A stretch of DNA of 64,000 nt from Flaccisagitta enflata. Taxonomy: Eukaryota. A program made the position numbers and the translations under genes. This document shows positions 1 through 14,075 of the stretch, one piece after another. How positions within the stretch are numbered: the stretch's first letter is position 1; each line of letters begins with the position of its first letter. Location: the NCBI GenBank assembly GCA_965153355.1, contig OZ231126.1, positions 35,836,001 through 35,900,000 on the forward strand, read 5' to 3'. The notes under the pieces were generated by a model. The model worked only from the letters and a program-made list of their open reading frames with translations, ran no database searches and had not been told where the DNA came from.

Positions 1-74
<74 letters not shown>

Positions 75-466
75 GCCGCAACGATGAGGGCACTGTCATG
101 ATATTAGGAGCATTGAGGGCTTGAACAAACAGGATGAGATCACTGTTATTAGTGTTAATAAAAGGAAGTCTCCTTTTAGTCGTGTGCCCGAGATTAGAAA
201 TTGTTGGTGAGTCGGTTCATCGATCCACCGGTTACTCAGTGCGTTGTTTGGTCGGTCTGTAACATTGTTGAATTCTAACCATTTTTAACATTTAATCATC
301 CTATGATGTTTTTTGTATTTTTGTAAGTAATGAAATGCGCAACAAAAAGTAACTTAAAAAAAACGTTGAGAACACTGCACTGGACAGTTAAAAGAAAACA
401 GAACATTCAAAAGTATTCATCTATCCAATGTTAGGGACGACCTAATTTTGTGTGTTTTGTGTGTGT

Positions 467-869
<403 letters not shown>

Positions 870-973
870 AATATTTGTGCGTATTTGTGAGTCTAATGTA
901 ACTATTTATCTGTTTGTTAAGCTAAAGATAACTCGGAGTACGTTACTGTTTCCGTATATGAGCGTGCTGGACC

Positions 974-1430
974 TTTTTGGTCGCGGACACGCGACTCTAG
1001 AACTTGCCGTGTCGGTCTGTTGGTTGTTGTTGTTGTTAACCGGGGGAGTCTACCCGGGCGAGATGAGCATGAATGCGGCATCTGATTTTCAGAGAGGCCA
1101 TGCAATCCACCACATTGGGCCATGCTATTGGATCTTTTTGTGTAAGACTCCTGTCAACGTCGTGTCAAATTGTTGTCTGCTTCAACCGTAAGGGGAGCTT
1201 TATTTCAATCATAAACACACGCTACGCTAGCAATGCTACGTCTGAGCGGGGAACGCAGACGGGGATCGATCCCGCGACCTTCGAAATCGAAGGCAAGAGC
1301 CGTAACCACTCGGCCACCACGCGCCCGCCGGTCTGTTGGTCGGTTGGTCTGTCGGTCGGTTACGTCATATTTCTGTTTTCTGCTCCTGCCCACCTGACTG
1401 CGACCGGGGGAGAGTGTATACGACCTTGTT
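974..1430 (+). mobile_element. Helentron/DINE-1-like non-autonomous element (family A), interrupted by the SINE
   Basis: tttttggtcgcg..cgcgactct 5' end, GTCY microsatellite, 3' end ..gtgtatacgaccttgtt. Confidence 0.7.
1025..1328 (-). mobile_element. Full-length tRNA-derived SINE (tRNA-Arg-like head)
   Basis: Minus strand: A box TGGCCGAGTGG, B-box-like GGATCGATCCC, CT-TCG-A anticodon-like loop, (AAC)n tail; 12-bp TSD cggtctgttggt at 1013-1024 and 1329-1340. Confidence 0.88.
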
Positions 1431-1710
1431 CCGAATGGGCGAGGTTCCCGACAGAATTTCGCGGAAAAGGATACACGATCCCATATCAAAGATCTAGAAA
1501 GTATAAATCGAATTCAAGAAACTTGACCGAGAAATAGGGGATAGGCGTGGAAATCATGTTTTGGTGACGCCGTCAATTCGCGTTGCTTGTTTCCCTCAAT
1601 CGATTGCCTCTCCTCTCCTTGGTCTTGCACTGAGCTCATTGCACGGCACTGAGGGACAAAACGAAACAGACGTGATCTCACGCTACTCGGTCCAAGATCT
1701 CATTCGCATT

Positions 1711-3657
1711 CACTGCAAATTCTAAAGGTCATGTTCAAAATACATTAAACTGGCGCGAGTCAGCTATTGACTGGATCTCTTTTTTCCTCTTTGCGATAAC
1801 TGTGTGACAGGTGGTAACTATCCTTCAAAATAGCAGAAAAGGGTATAATCGAACAATATTACGGACCAATGGACACACTGATGGACCGACCCACTGACTG
1901 ACAGATAGACCGACCAGCACATATAGCAATGTGTCAAGTCGCGTGCAAATAACTAAAGGAGTCAGAACTGAGGTACTTGTAGGCCTGATAATTGTATTCC
2001 AAGTGCTTCAGTCCTTGGAGGTGCCAGGTTTTGAGCGGGGAAATAGTCGTATATTGGACTTCAAGTATACTTCTAGTTGGCCCAGTCACATGAAATTTTA
2101 ACTTTGGGTTAAACACCAGTAAAAAAATCCCGTAATTAGGCCAACTGGAGGTATGCTTTCATTGATTTTACTTAGTGTTGCTTTTGCAATGATTGTTAGA
2201 TTATGACGGCTTCCCTCTGAAGGCGACATTTGTGTTTCAAAGAAGATCAAATAGAAAAAATGTATAAATGAAAATGCAAAAAAAAAAATGAATAAGTCGA
2301 GGTGCAAATAAAGATGCGATTTCGGTTTCAGTCTCTTTTCATAACTATATTTATAACTATCTTATGATCTTTTTAATGAAATTTGTAATTTTGTAGTTTT
2401 AGATTATTTTATTAATAAAAGAAACCCTTGTTTGATGAAGGCGTTGCTTTGTTCTATTGACGAAGACAAGAAAGAATTACTGGAAATAATAGATTCCTTT
2501 AAAAATAGTAGAGCAAAAATTCAAAACCTGTGAAGGGAAAATTCTAAGATTTCAACAAATTGAACAATTTTGCATTTCTAAGAACATGACCCTTATCCTA
2601 TATGTTCTTAGAATGAGGCCATGTTTTTGAAAATGCAAAGTTTTGCATTTAAAGAGAGTCTTAGAATTTTCCCCAAGACAAGTCATGTTGCAAAATTAGA
2701 TTTTCCAAAGATTTCCTCCTTTTTTCTCTCCTCCTCACTTGCTCAGCGCTTTTTTTTTTTTATCTACAAATGATTTTTTATGCAAAACTAAAAATAATAT
2801 AACATAACAATGATATTCTTTAATGAAAAAAATCTAGATTTGTAAAATTAAAAGTATTGGAAAAAATGTTTTGACTCCTCAAATTTGTCCTTCGTTTGCA
2901 CCTCGACATAAAGATGATTGAGATGGCTCAGATATAATATTTAAAAGAAAAATTTGCATTGATTCAGGTTTAGCCAATGTTACCAAAAAATTTTTTTTGA
3001 AAATTTGTACTTATTTTATTTTTGGTCACTGACAGTGGGCTGGTTGAAATTCTAAATTTGCATAGGAAATGAAAAAAATGAAAAAACCAAGAATATAGTT
3101 CTCTTCTCAAATCGATTACAGAGAGGACTATGTTTTTCAAAATGCAAAATTTCCCTGTATTTGGCTTTCTTAGAATTTCAACCTCAGAAAATGAAAAAAA
3201 GTGTAAGCAGAAAATCACTAAAAATCATCATTTTCTTGCTTGTTTTCATGTGAATCGCATGGTTCAAATTGCATTTTAAGTCAGAATATGATAAAAATGT
3301 ATGCACCAAGTATCCTTAGAGACAATTTGTCCACTAAAAACATTCCAGCTTCACTATTGTCCTTATAATGATGCAAAAAGTATTGTGAAACACTTCATTT
3401 TCCTTCATAAATTTTCCGTCTTATTGTTGTAATTTCAAAACTATGTCTTAAAGTGATTAAAGAATCATGAAATGATGATATCATGTAGCTGTGTAATTAT
3501 ATAATTCCAATGTCATGTAATTAAGTTACTTTGTGGATAGAAGTACTTGTTGACAATTTTGAACGACCTGCATGACAAGAGGAAAAAAGAGATTCAGTTA
3601 ATAGCTGACTTGCGCCAGTTTATTGCATTTTGAACATCACCTTTAGGATTTGCAGTG
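1711..3657. mobile_element. Non-autonomous CACTG-ended (CMC-type) TIR element hosting nested insertions
   Basis: About 80-bp imperfect TIRs: cactgcaaattctaaaggtcatgttcaaaa..aaactggcgcgagtcagctatt versus the reverse complement at 3575-3657; flanks catt/cgtt may be a degenerate 4-bp TSD. Confidence 0.75.
2295..2908 (+). mobile_element. TA-flanked MITE (Tc1/mariner-like), copy 1
   Basis: TIR gtcgaggtgcaaa / tttgcacctcgac with TA on both sides; homologous copy at 50534-51146; an empty site is visible in the homologous repeat at about 42580-42600. Confidence 0.8.
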
Positions 3658-3792
3658 CGTTGTCGTAGATTGGATTCTCTTGTTGTCTTTTGAACCTAGT
3701 TCTCGAAATAATTGTGTGAAGGTCGGTCACGAAAAGTCAAAAGTGACATGTCCGCATTGCCGACTTCCGCTTGCACTGACACCATATCATTA

Positions 3793-4009
<217 letters not shown>

Positions 4010-5099
4010 CGTGCACATGTTTGCTTGTGTCTGTATATATGTGAACGTGTATTTATCAGAATGTTTGTTTCCATGTCTGTGAGAGTGAGATTTTGCTCGA
4101 TGAAGGAAGAGAGACACTTCTTTGGTGGGCTGTAAGTTTTTAGTTTTACTTGTATTTTGACGCATAAGAAGCGAACTCTGATCGCAGAGGACAAAAACAT
4201 AATCAAACCTATCCCTGACCTGTGACATGTGGCTAGGCGACTGTCAAGAGTGGATTGAGTGTGTAATCTTGATCCCATTTTTATTGCAGCCATTGTCGAA
4301 GCAGCCATATGATACGACCACGTTGACGTCATTGTTGACGTTGTCATTACGTTGCTCGTCGTTTTAGTCATCGTCATCGTCGTCATCATTTTCATCGTTG
4401 GTTTCTTCGTCTTTGAGGTCATCGTCATTTCCTAACGCTTGGTTATCGCACCCATAGCACTATACTTGTCAAACTCGTCATTGTTCTTGAGGTCCTCAGC
4501 ATCTGTGTGGTCATCACCGTCATGTTTGTGTTCAATCTTCATTTTGTTGGTCGTCTCTGTGATTGCATTGTCCTCAACTCTTCCTCGTCGTCATCTTGTC
4601 CATGATCATCCGGCTATTGCAATAGTCAGCGGCGTAAAAGGTCGGGACACAAAAGCTGTTGCGACTAAAAAAATAAAATAGAGAGAAAAGAGGATAAGGA
4701 AAAAAAGAAGAAAAGGAAGATAGGAAAAGGGCAACAAAGACGAGAAAAAGGTGAAAAAATGGCTGTAATCACTATTTTTTATAGTTTTGAAGCAAAAACC
4801 ACTAATAACTTTCTGTTGGTAAACTAAATCTGTCAGAAACAAATTGGGGGTGGCAGTACTTAAAATCTATCTCTCCTACACCACTGAGCCACTAGTCTTC
4901 GCTTTGTCACTCTTGCTTTCGTCGTCCTCGTCATCAAAGTCATCTTCATCAATGTCATCACATCGCCTTTGTCTTCATCATTTCCATAAACCATTGATCA
5001 ATTCTAGAAATGTTACAGTTTTGCTCAAAACAATGATACTCAATGATACTCAGGTTTAGAAAAATCTTTTTAGTTTGTTTTGATAGTAATGAAAATAGC

Positions 5100-5810
5100 T
5101 AATAGTCGCAAAAGCGTTACATGGTCAGCGGTACCCGATGCCCCTATGTTGGTGTATGTAAGGATGAGACGGTGAGAGGGGCAGCGGCCCCGGAGGGTCG
5201 ATGACCTATGATTCCACATAGGGCAATTTTCTGTTTGTTGACCAATGGGTCTGATTTGAGGTCTGAAATGTCAGATTTGGGGTCAGAGCTGAAAGGAGTG
5301 ATTTGTGCTTGAGTGGAGGGGACTTGGACAAATGAAGGTTTTAGAAGCTGATTTTGGCGGCTAAGATGTCTGATTATTAGTCTTGGGAATATGAGGCCTG
5401 CTTTTTGGCTGGAGAGGCCAGATTTTGGGTCTGAGAGGCTTGACTGGGGGTCTGAGAGGCCTGCATCTAGGTTTGAGAGGCTTCATTTTGGATCTGAGGC
5501 TTGATTTGGGATCTGAGAGGCCCAATTTGTGGTCTGAGAGGTCCAATCTAGGGTCTCAAAGGAAAAATTTGTGGTCTGAGAGGCTTAATTTGAGGCAAGG
5601 AAAGCCTGATTTTGGGTCTGAGAGCCCTGCTTTTGGGCCTGAGAGGCCTGATTAGAGATCAGAGAGGCCTAATTTGGGCTTGATTTTAGGCCTGAGAAGC
5701 CTGGTTTGAGGTTTCGGGGGGGGGATGGACAGACGGACAGACCGAAACCGAAGAAAATTGCCCTATGTGGAATCATAGGTCATCGGCCCCTCCGGGGCCG
5801 CTGCCCAAAA
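5100..5810. mobile_element. Non-autonomous element with about 54-bp inverted repeats enclosing a degenerate minisatellite (tctgagaggcct..ttt core)
   Basis: IR at 5179-5232 and 5752-5806; related fragment at about 24725-24925. Confidence 0.65.
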
Positions 5811-6347
5811 AGCACAGCTAAAAAGAGAAATGCCTCACTTTATTATGAATTTTCTATTTGCCTTTTGGCATAATCGAATGATCAGAAGCTTTCTGCCATG
5901 TCATCATCAATGCTGCAGCGGCCTTTGACGTCTCCTAAGTCAACGCCATCGTCTTCATCGTCTTCATCGTCTTCGACTTTCATAGCGTCATCATCGTTGT
6001 AGTGATACAAGGCCGTTGAACTAATGCGCCTTTTTTTTTTGTTTTTGTTTTTCTTCATCGTTGTGGAATCATTTCCGATCCCTCGGTAACTTGAGGCTCA
6101 GCCTCAGGTAAGGAAGGAAAGTGTATGAGAGCGCTGGCAGACTACCGAGACTTAAGTCTTTCGAATTGGCTTGGTCACGTCACTGACTCCATGCTCGCAC
6201 AGGTTCAGATATACATCCAATGCAGACAATCGAAAGCGACTGAAACCCCGCTGTAACAGACTAATACATCGGGACCTCGACTGAAACCCCGCTGTAACAG
6301 ACTAATACATCGGGACCTCGGAATAACGGTCTTGACGGGACTAGATA

Positions 6348-6860
6348 TTTTTAGTCGCGTGCTACGCGACTCTATAAGCCACTTTTCCGTCGGTCCGTCG
6401 GTCGGTCGGTCCGTCACAAAGCTGTTTAAAAGGCGTTTTACACAAAATAAAAACATTTCAAATGTTTTTGAATGTTTCTACAGCATTTATAAACCTCTAT
6501 AATCCACTTTTTGGTTGGTCAGTAGGTCTGTTGGTCCAACTGTCTGTCCGTCACAAAGTTGTTTAAAGGGTGTTTCAGCCAATCTAAAGACATTTTAAAT
6601 GTTTTTAAATGTTATTATGTCAATCATAAACCTCTATAAGCCACTTTTTGGTCTGTCTGTCCATCTGTCTGTCCGTCCATCCGTCCGTTCATCCGTCTGT
6701 CCATCCGTCCCTCTGTCCATTGGTTTGTCACAAAGTTGTTTTAAAGGCTTTTTGTTGCAAGTTTAAAGGTCTTTTTAAATGTTTTAATCTGTTCATCTGT
6801 CTGTCTGCCTGACTTTTTTGAAAGTGCCGACGCACGCGACTTAGGTCTAATGACCTTGTT
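6348..6860 (+). mobile_element. Helentron/DINE-1-like element, family A
   Basis: ttttagtcgcgtgctacgcgact 5' end, internal tandem duplications, 3' cacgcgact..ccttgtt. Confidence 0.75.
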
Positions 6861-6940
6861 GATTATCAAAGAGGGGGACTGTTAATCTTTTATCATGAAA
6901 TTGAATAATCTTTGTCCTATAATCAATTAATCATGACATA

Positions 6941-9900
6941 AAAGTAATCGCGGCTATCGCCGTGAGGAAAAAAGTTTTTAGCATTGGCTAGTTTTCACCA
7001 AACTTTCATTTTCAGTCACTGCAAATTCTTTTATTTGTTAGAATTATTCCAGAGCAATTGCACACATTGATTGCATTGAAAATCAAAGAAAAATAGGACT
7101 GAGCCAAATGAGCTAGATGAGCTAAGATACTCAAAATCACTTACACAGACAACCAGCTATGCTCACTTATTTTTGTGTGTGTTTGCATGCTCAGAAATTA
7201 TTCATATCAGAGGTGTCACGATACTATCGACTGGTCTATAAATCGGGCCGATTTTCTTTATTTCAAAAAATCTTCCTGATTCGCCAAAACACAAATGTAT
7301 CGGGTCAATTTTTTTTTTTTCCGGCTGAAAGGAAGCTAGCATAGATTTAGTAATGAGACTGATCTCTGAGTCTAAATAAGCTTGTAAAATTGAATTCTTT
7401 TGATATTCAATAAGTAGAAATGGAACAGTGAACGAGTTGAAAACAACTTCAAAATCATTTATTTAAGAATGAAAAATATGCAGAAAACTATGGAACCAAA
7501 GCAAGAAAATTCAGCAGATTATCCTCCACAAGTTGCTTCCAACAAAGTTTAGCATCACCGGGTTTGCTTACACCCTCCTCAGGTTGTGATGCATAAAGAG
7601 CAACTTTTCGCTTCTTGATGAAAGAAGTCAAGATCATTTTTTATCGAAAACATTCCCCATTTTGAAAAGAAGCCTTTCCGAGTAGCGCTTGAGCAAGAGG
7701 TAGAAAAGAACTTTCTGGCTAATTTGCAAAGTGATGGTAACTCTTGTTGTTTGCACCAAAATTAAAGTGGTTGTTCATTAGGGCCAATGGTTTTTGCATC
7801 AAATCAATTGAACACCCCAGCCCGCAGCTTTTTTAAACAGACTATGTCTATACTATTGAAAACTACTCGCTATATGACTTTTCTCCGTGATTTAGAGGTT
7901 CCAGTTTTGATATTTTGATCAGAACTGGATGGTGGTTGTGGTAAAAATGTCAAATTTAGGTCATTTTGGCCGCAAAGTTGGGCCACTTTGCCTTAGAAAT
8001 CGAACCTAAAATCCATGAGATTATAAAACTAGAGCTCAAGAGCTAACTAGTGGCGCAATCCGCATGTTTTTATCTTTATTCGTTTAAATTTGAGAGCATT
8101 TCAAAGATGAAAGGGTATGAGGGTCATTTTGCAGTGTCAATTTTAAAGGCAATTTTGACTCTTTTCACATTTTTCAGTATTTCTCAGCTTTAAATGGACC
8201 AATTTGCATAAAATTGGTGATCAAATTGAAGAGTTTTTGCTGCTCTAGCTGATGGTGAAAAAAATTTTGATCGATTTTGCCCTCAATTTTTTTTATTGAC
8301 TGCCAAAGCAGGTGTAAAAAAGTCAACTTTCTTGAAAATTGGCCAGTTTTGGATAAAAAATTAGACCACTTCTATTTTTTAAAAATACTTGAAATCCATG
8401 AGCAAAATAAAGTACTGCTCAAGAGCTAACTAGTGGTGCAATCGGCATGTCAATATGTTTTTAAGTTTAGATTTTACAGAACTTCAAAGATAAAAGGGTA
8501 TTTCAAAATGACCATTTGTGGTGATTTTGGCCATTTTGGCCTCAATTTTGGGTCACTTTGTCATAGATATCGATAAAAAAATCCATGAGATTATAAATAT
8601 AGAGCTCAAGAGCTAACCAGTGGTGTAATCCGCATATTTCTATCTTAATTTGTTGAGATTTTAGAGCATTTCAAAGATGAAAGGGTATGAGGGTCATTTT
8701 GCGGTTGTGATTTTAATGGCAATGTGACTCTTTTCACAAATTTTGATACAACTCGGCTTTAAATGAACCAATCATTGTAAAATTGGTGACCAAAATGAAG
8801 ATTTTTTGATGCTCCAGCCGATCCTGAAAGAATTTTTGATCAATATGGCCCACAAAAAATTCTATCGACTCTCAAAGCAGGTGCTAAAAGCCAGATATTA
8901 TTGCTTATTAGGCGAAAATGGTAGTATGATTACGCAACTTCCAGTTGAAACAAAGCCGGATACACGGCTACCCTAGTCGCATGTGGGTGGGCAAGGGCTG
9001 CGTTTGTGGTCACTGGAGCATTTGGGCAGTAGTAGTGATGTCCAAGAATAAAAGATATAAAAAGATTGGGTGGATGGACAGATGGACGGTCAAATCAGAG
9101 TGTAGAGACGCATATCACTTGACTAAAAACGACTTAAAATCTATAAGCAGATTTAACTACTGCCCATGTGGTAACCAGTGGCGCAATCAGCACATCTAGA
9201 TTTTTATGCGTCATGATTCTACAGGACTTCAAAGGTCAGATGTCATTTTTGCCTAGTAATTGTCATGTCGATAAATGCATCTAGGCGGAAAGAACTTCAA
9301 CCTACTACGTTTCTGGTTAGTTGGTCATTTTGTCACTATCATTGTCAACGATGCCTGAATGATCCCTAGGGTAGCTGCTTGTGACCATGTCATTTTAATG
9401 AACTAGTCCCATCATTCACGGTAAACTTTTACTTTGCTTTTGAAAATCACATTCAAGATGAATAGATGAAATTGTAAATGAATGTTTGAATCTGAAATTA
9501 ATATAAAATCGTGCTCTTCTTTCTTCATTACAATGCCGGCGGAAGACCAAATTTCCTTAGAGGCTTTAACAGCCGTCTTTGCTGCCCCTCCCAACTTTTC
9601 TCCCCTCACACAATGTAAAAAAAAGAAAAAACAACAAATGTCCATCTTGGTTGGACACTTAGAAGTCGGAAGTTCTTTCAGTGGTTGAATATTAAAAAAG
9701 GAATGACTGTGACTGCATAGAGTCAGATTTCTGTTAAGGCATTTTTGTGCATGCCTTTGAGTATGTGTACGTCTTTGAAAATGTGTGCAGCTGTTTGTGT
9801 GTGTGCATGTGACTTTGTGTTTTTTGTGTGTGTGAGTGTGAGAGTGTGTGTGTGTGTGATATCTATGGCGAAGCGACCCAAAATTGAGGCCAAAATGGCC

Positions 9901-12081
9901 AAAATCACCATAAATGATTGAGTGATCGAAATACTGAAAAATGTGAAAAGAGTCAAAATTGCCATTAAAATCACAACCGCAAAATGACCCTTATACCCTT
10001 TCATCTTTGAAATGCTCTAAAATCCCAACAAATTTAGATAGAAATATGCGGATTGCACCACTGGTTAGCTCTTGAGCTCTACTTTTATAATCTCATGGAT
10101 TTTTTTATCGATATCTATGACAAAGTGACCCAAAATTGAGGCCAAAATGGCCAAAATCACCATAAATGGTCATTTTGACATACCCTTTTATCTTTAAAGT
10201 TCTGTAAAATCTAAATTCAAAAGCATATTGACATGCCGATTGCACCACTAGTTAGCTCTTGAGCAGTACTTTATTTTGCTCATGGATTTCAAGTATTTTT
10301 AAAAAATAGAAGTGGTCTAATTTTTTTTCCAAAATTGCCCAATTTTTAAGAAAATTGACTTTTTTACACCTGCTTTGGCAGTCAATAAAAAAAATTGAGG
10401 GCAAAATTGATCAAAAAATTTTTTACCATCAGCTAGAGCAGCAAAAACTCTTCAATTTGATCACCAATTTTATGCAAATTGGTCCATTTATAGCTGAGAA
10501 ATACTGAAAAATGTGAAAAGAGTCAAAATTGCCTTTAAAATTGACACTGCAAAATGACCCTCATACCCTTTCATCTTTGAAATGCTCTTAAATCTAAACA
10601 AATAAAGATAAAAACATGCGGATTGCGCCCATAGTTAGCTCTTGAGCTCTAGTTTTATAATCTCATGGATTTTTTTATCGATTTTTACAGCAAAGTGACC
10701 CAAAATTGAGGCCATAATGGCCAAATTTACCATAAATGGTCATTTTGACATACCCTTTGATCTTTGATGTTTTGTAAAATCTAAATGCCAAAACATATTG
10801 ACATGCCGATTGCATTACTAGTTAGCTCTTGAGCAGTACTTTATTTTGCTCATGGATTTCAAGTATTTTTAAAAAATGGAAGCGGTCCAATTTTTTGTCC
10901 AAAATTGCCCAATTTTTAAGAAAATTGACTTTTTTACACCTGCTTTGGCAGTCAATAAAAAAAATTGAGGGTAAAATCGATCAAAAATTTTTTTACCATC
11001 AGCTAGAGCAGCAAAAACTCTTCAATTTGATCACCAATTTCATGCAAATTGGTCCATTTAAAGCTGAGAAATACTGAAAAATGTGAAAAGAGTCAAAATT
11101 GCCTTTAAAATTGACACTGCAAAATGACCCTCATACCCTTTCATCTTTGAAATGCTCTCAAATTTAAACGAATAAAGATAAAAACATGCGGATTGCGCCA
11201 CTAGTTAGCTCTTGAGCTCTAGTTTTATAATCTCATGGATTTTAGGTTCGATTTCTAAGGCAAAGTGGCCCAATTTTGCGGCCAAAATGACCTAAATTTG
11301 ACATTTTTACCACAACCACCATCTAGTTCTGATCAAAATATCAAAACTGGAACCTCTAAATCACGGAGAAAAGTCATATAGCAAGTAGTTTTCAATAGTA
11401 CAGACATAGTCTGTTTAAAAAAGCTGCGGGCTGGGGTGTTCAATTGATTTGATGCAAAAACCATTGGCCCTATTGTTCATTGGGCACAAAGTAAAGGTAA
11501 AAATCTCAAATATCTTATCTTGTAATACCGAGTGGTTTCTAAAACCTGTTGCTCTAACTGTAACCAGCATTTGTAAATGGGAAAAAAGGATTATTGACAA
11601 AAAATCGACCTAAGGTGGATACTGAGTCGATAATTTTTTTGAGATCGACCATGATTCAATCGACCTGGTCAATACTGTTAAAATAAAAATTGTGACACCT
11701 CTGATTCATATCATTTTTTCGTTTTTCGCGTCTAAAATCAGAAAAATGGAGCTAGAATGCTCAAAAATACCCTCAGAGATAAGCAACTATGCTTATAAAC
11801 ATATTTTCTTGTATTTGCATGCTCAAAAAAAAAAGATACACTCCATTATTGATCCTGCGAAAATAAATGTTTAAAAAATCATACCTCGAAAATATTTGTC
11901 TTAGAGAATTCTGCTTGACGCCAAATTAAAAAGAATTATCCAATTCACTTACCCTATCAATTTCATTCGAGGCCACCTTCGGCCGGATGAGATTCGAAAC
12001 TTTCTCCTAAGAAAATGAAAACCATGTTCCTTTGGAATATGTCAAAAAGTCGAAGACTGACTTTGATTTTTTTCCCAATAA
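6941..12081 (-). mobile_element. Helentron-like element, family B, hosting the hAT foldback
   Basis: Both ends homologous to 25889-26690; subterminal IR ggaaaaaagtcgaag; terminal hairpin cggc-tatc-gccg. Confidence 0.65.
7779..11472. mobile_element. hAT-like non-autonomous foldback element with >1-kb inverted arms made of 570-bp tandem units
   Basis: Termini TAGGGCCAATGG / CCATTGGCCCTA; 8-bp TSD ttgttcat at 7771-7778 and 11473-11480; caaagtgacc recurs at 10121 and 10691. Confidence 0.88.
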
Positions 12082-13311
12082 GTGTCATGAAATAGATACT
12101 AACAAGAAATTTAGATACCATTAATTACATCAATATTTGAAAATTCGTTCACAAACAATATTTTTTATATCTTTATTGTTATATATTTGGTCATTATTTC
12201 ATTTTGCTATCAAATGAGGCAATTCACCTTTATTAAAGGAGAATTTATAAGAATAGCCCAAAAAGTTGACCAAAAAAAAAAAAAAAGAAAAAAAGAATTA
12301 AAGCAGAGTCTGGTGAGTAAGGCTTAGGGGTATTTCAATATTACAAAAGCCTGAATATCTTTAGGACTTAAGTATTTTGTCCTGTGGAGCACCTTAAAAA
12401 GGGTTCCACTGTATCTATAAATCTTTGTTCTTTGGTTATTACATCAAAAGAGGTAGATATCTAACTCTTTACTGTTTTGTTATACATTTTCATTTCTTTG
12501 ACAAAGAACCGTGTTTATAAGAACAATGAGGCTCAGATGAGGAAAAAAACAAGAACAATCATCAGAACATCGCCAGCCTCAAAACTGAGACAATTTAAGA
12601 ACACCTGAACCCCATTGGTCGCCGTACTACAAGAATCTACCACAATGAATTGTATAAAAAAACTGAGCGGAGACTGCAACTGCAATGATTGACTTCAATC
12701 TGCACTGCGTTTCTAGTATGATTTGACCTACTTGAGATAAGTATACGGGTTAATATTCCCCACCATGTTTCAGTTACAGATCAAAGTTAGGCCATCAGAA
12801 AAAGAACATTCTAGCATTAGCTAGCGATCAAAGTAAAATAAGAACATCATAACAGTTTGAGCCTCAAATTCACCAGAAATTAAAAACACTGAGCCTCAGA
12901 AAACAAGGCCGGATACACGGCAATCCAGTCGCGGATGATTGGGCAGGAGCAGTAATGCAAAAACCAACGGACCGACTGTCATGGCAAGGTGTAGAGTCAC
13001 GTGTCCGTGACTAAAAATAATCTTTTAAAAAGAAATCAGTGTATGCGAAATTCTGTCACAGCCAATAGATGGAATTCCTTTGAAAGCGAGTGCGTTAAAG
13101 CGGGGTTCAACTGTATAACAAACAAAACTGAGAGAAGCTGGATCAAAATATTTTCTACTTCAACGAAAGTTTTGGTCGTCATATCTTAACGTTTTCCATT
13201 TAGTTTACAACCTCTCTTTCGCGGAGTGTTTCATCACCTCAAAGTTCTCGTACTCTCTTTCGCTCTCTCTGTCTCTGTCTGTCTTTCTCTCTCTGTCTCT
13301 TAGTCTGTCTG

Positions 13312-13415
<104 letters not shown>

Positions 13416-14075
13416 TATGAACAATTTTATTTTTCAGTTTATTTCTCCTGGCGCGCTCAACTCATGACTTTATCTTGAATGAGATTCTTTTTTTTCCCAC
13501 CGCCATTTTGTTTTCCAGACGGAACCAAAAGTGACAGTTCAAAATCTCACTCTAGCTTTTTTCGATGTTTTCTAAGCTCACAGTTTGAAATTTTGTCTGC
13601 GTATCCGTCTATAGTTAAATCCCGCTCTGACGAGTTTTTTTTAAAGGAATTACAGCGTAGCACCGCTAGAGCGCACCCGCTATTACGGCATGCCCGCCTA
13701 TAAGGCATAGAGTTTGCTGGATGTAAATTCATAGTCTATGTAACCTTATCATTATTTCCTGTATTGGCTATAAAAGAATTTTGCCTATAACAAACAAGAT
13801 TTTTAAGTCCCTTCAAATCCGTTAAAGCGGACATAACAGAACCATAAATTTTGACGCAGTGTCATCTCTACAACATGTCTAAGGCACATACACCGTATTG
13901 TAAGCTAAGGCCTATATCATGTAAGCGCTGTTCTCGTGATTGCTGTTTTAAAATCCGATCGACTCATTTCAAAATAATCCCGCGTAAACAGTATTACTTT
14001 CTCCGCTTAAAGAGAGTAGATAGCGCACTAAACGATTTTTTTCGAGAAATTTTTTGTGAGACCGAAGGCAAAAAG

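Noticed and set aside
1250-1328. Functional tRNA-Arg gene
   Set aside because: Acceptor and anticodon stems do not pair properly, and it continues into a SINE body with tail and TSD
4290-4610. Asp/Thr/Met-rich coding exon on the minus strand
   Set aside because: Decayed (GTC/ATC)n trinucleotide repeat; no convincing splice context
5240-5710. CRISPR-like array
   Set aside because: Degenerate minisatellite without unique spacers, eukaryotic context, no cas genes
13765-13780. TATA box for the protamine-like gene
   Set aside because: Lies within a pogo-like MITE relic homologous to 19529-19704; cannot be supported without TSS data
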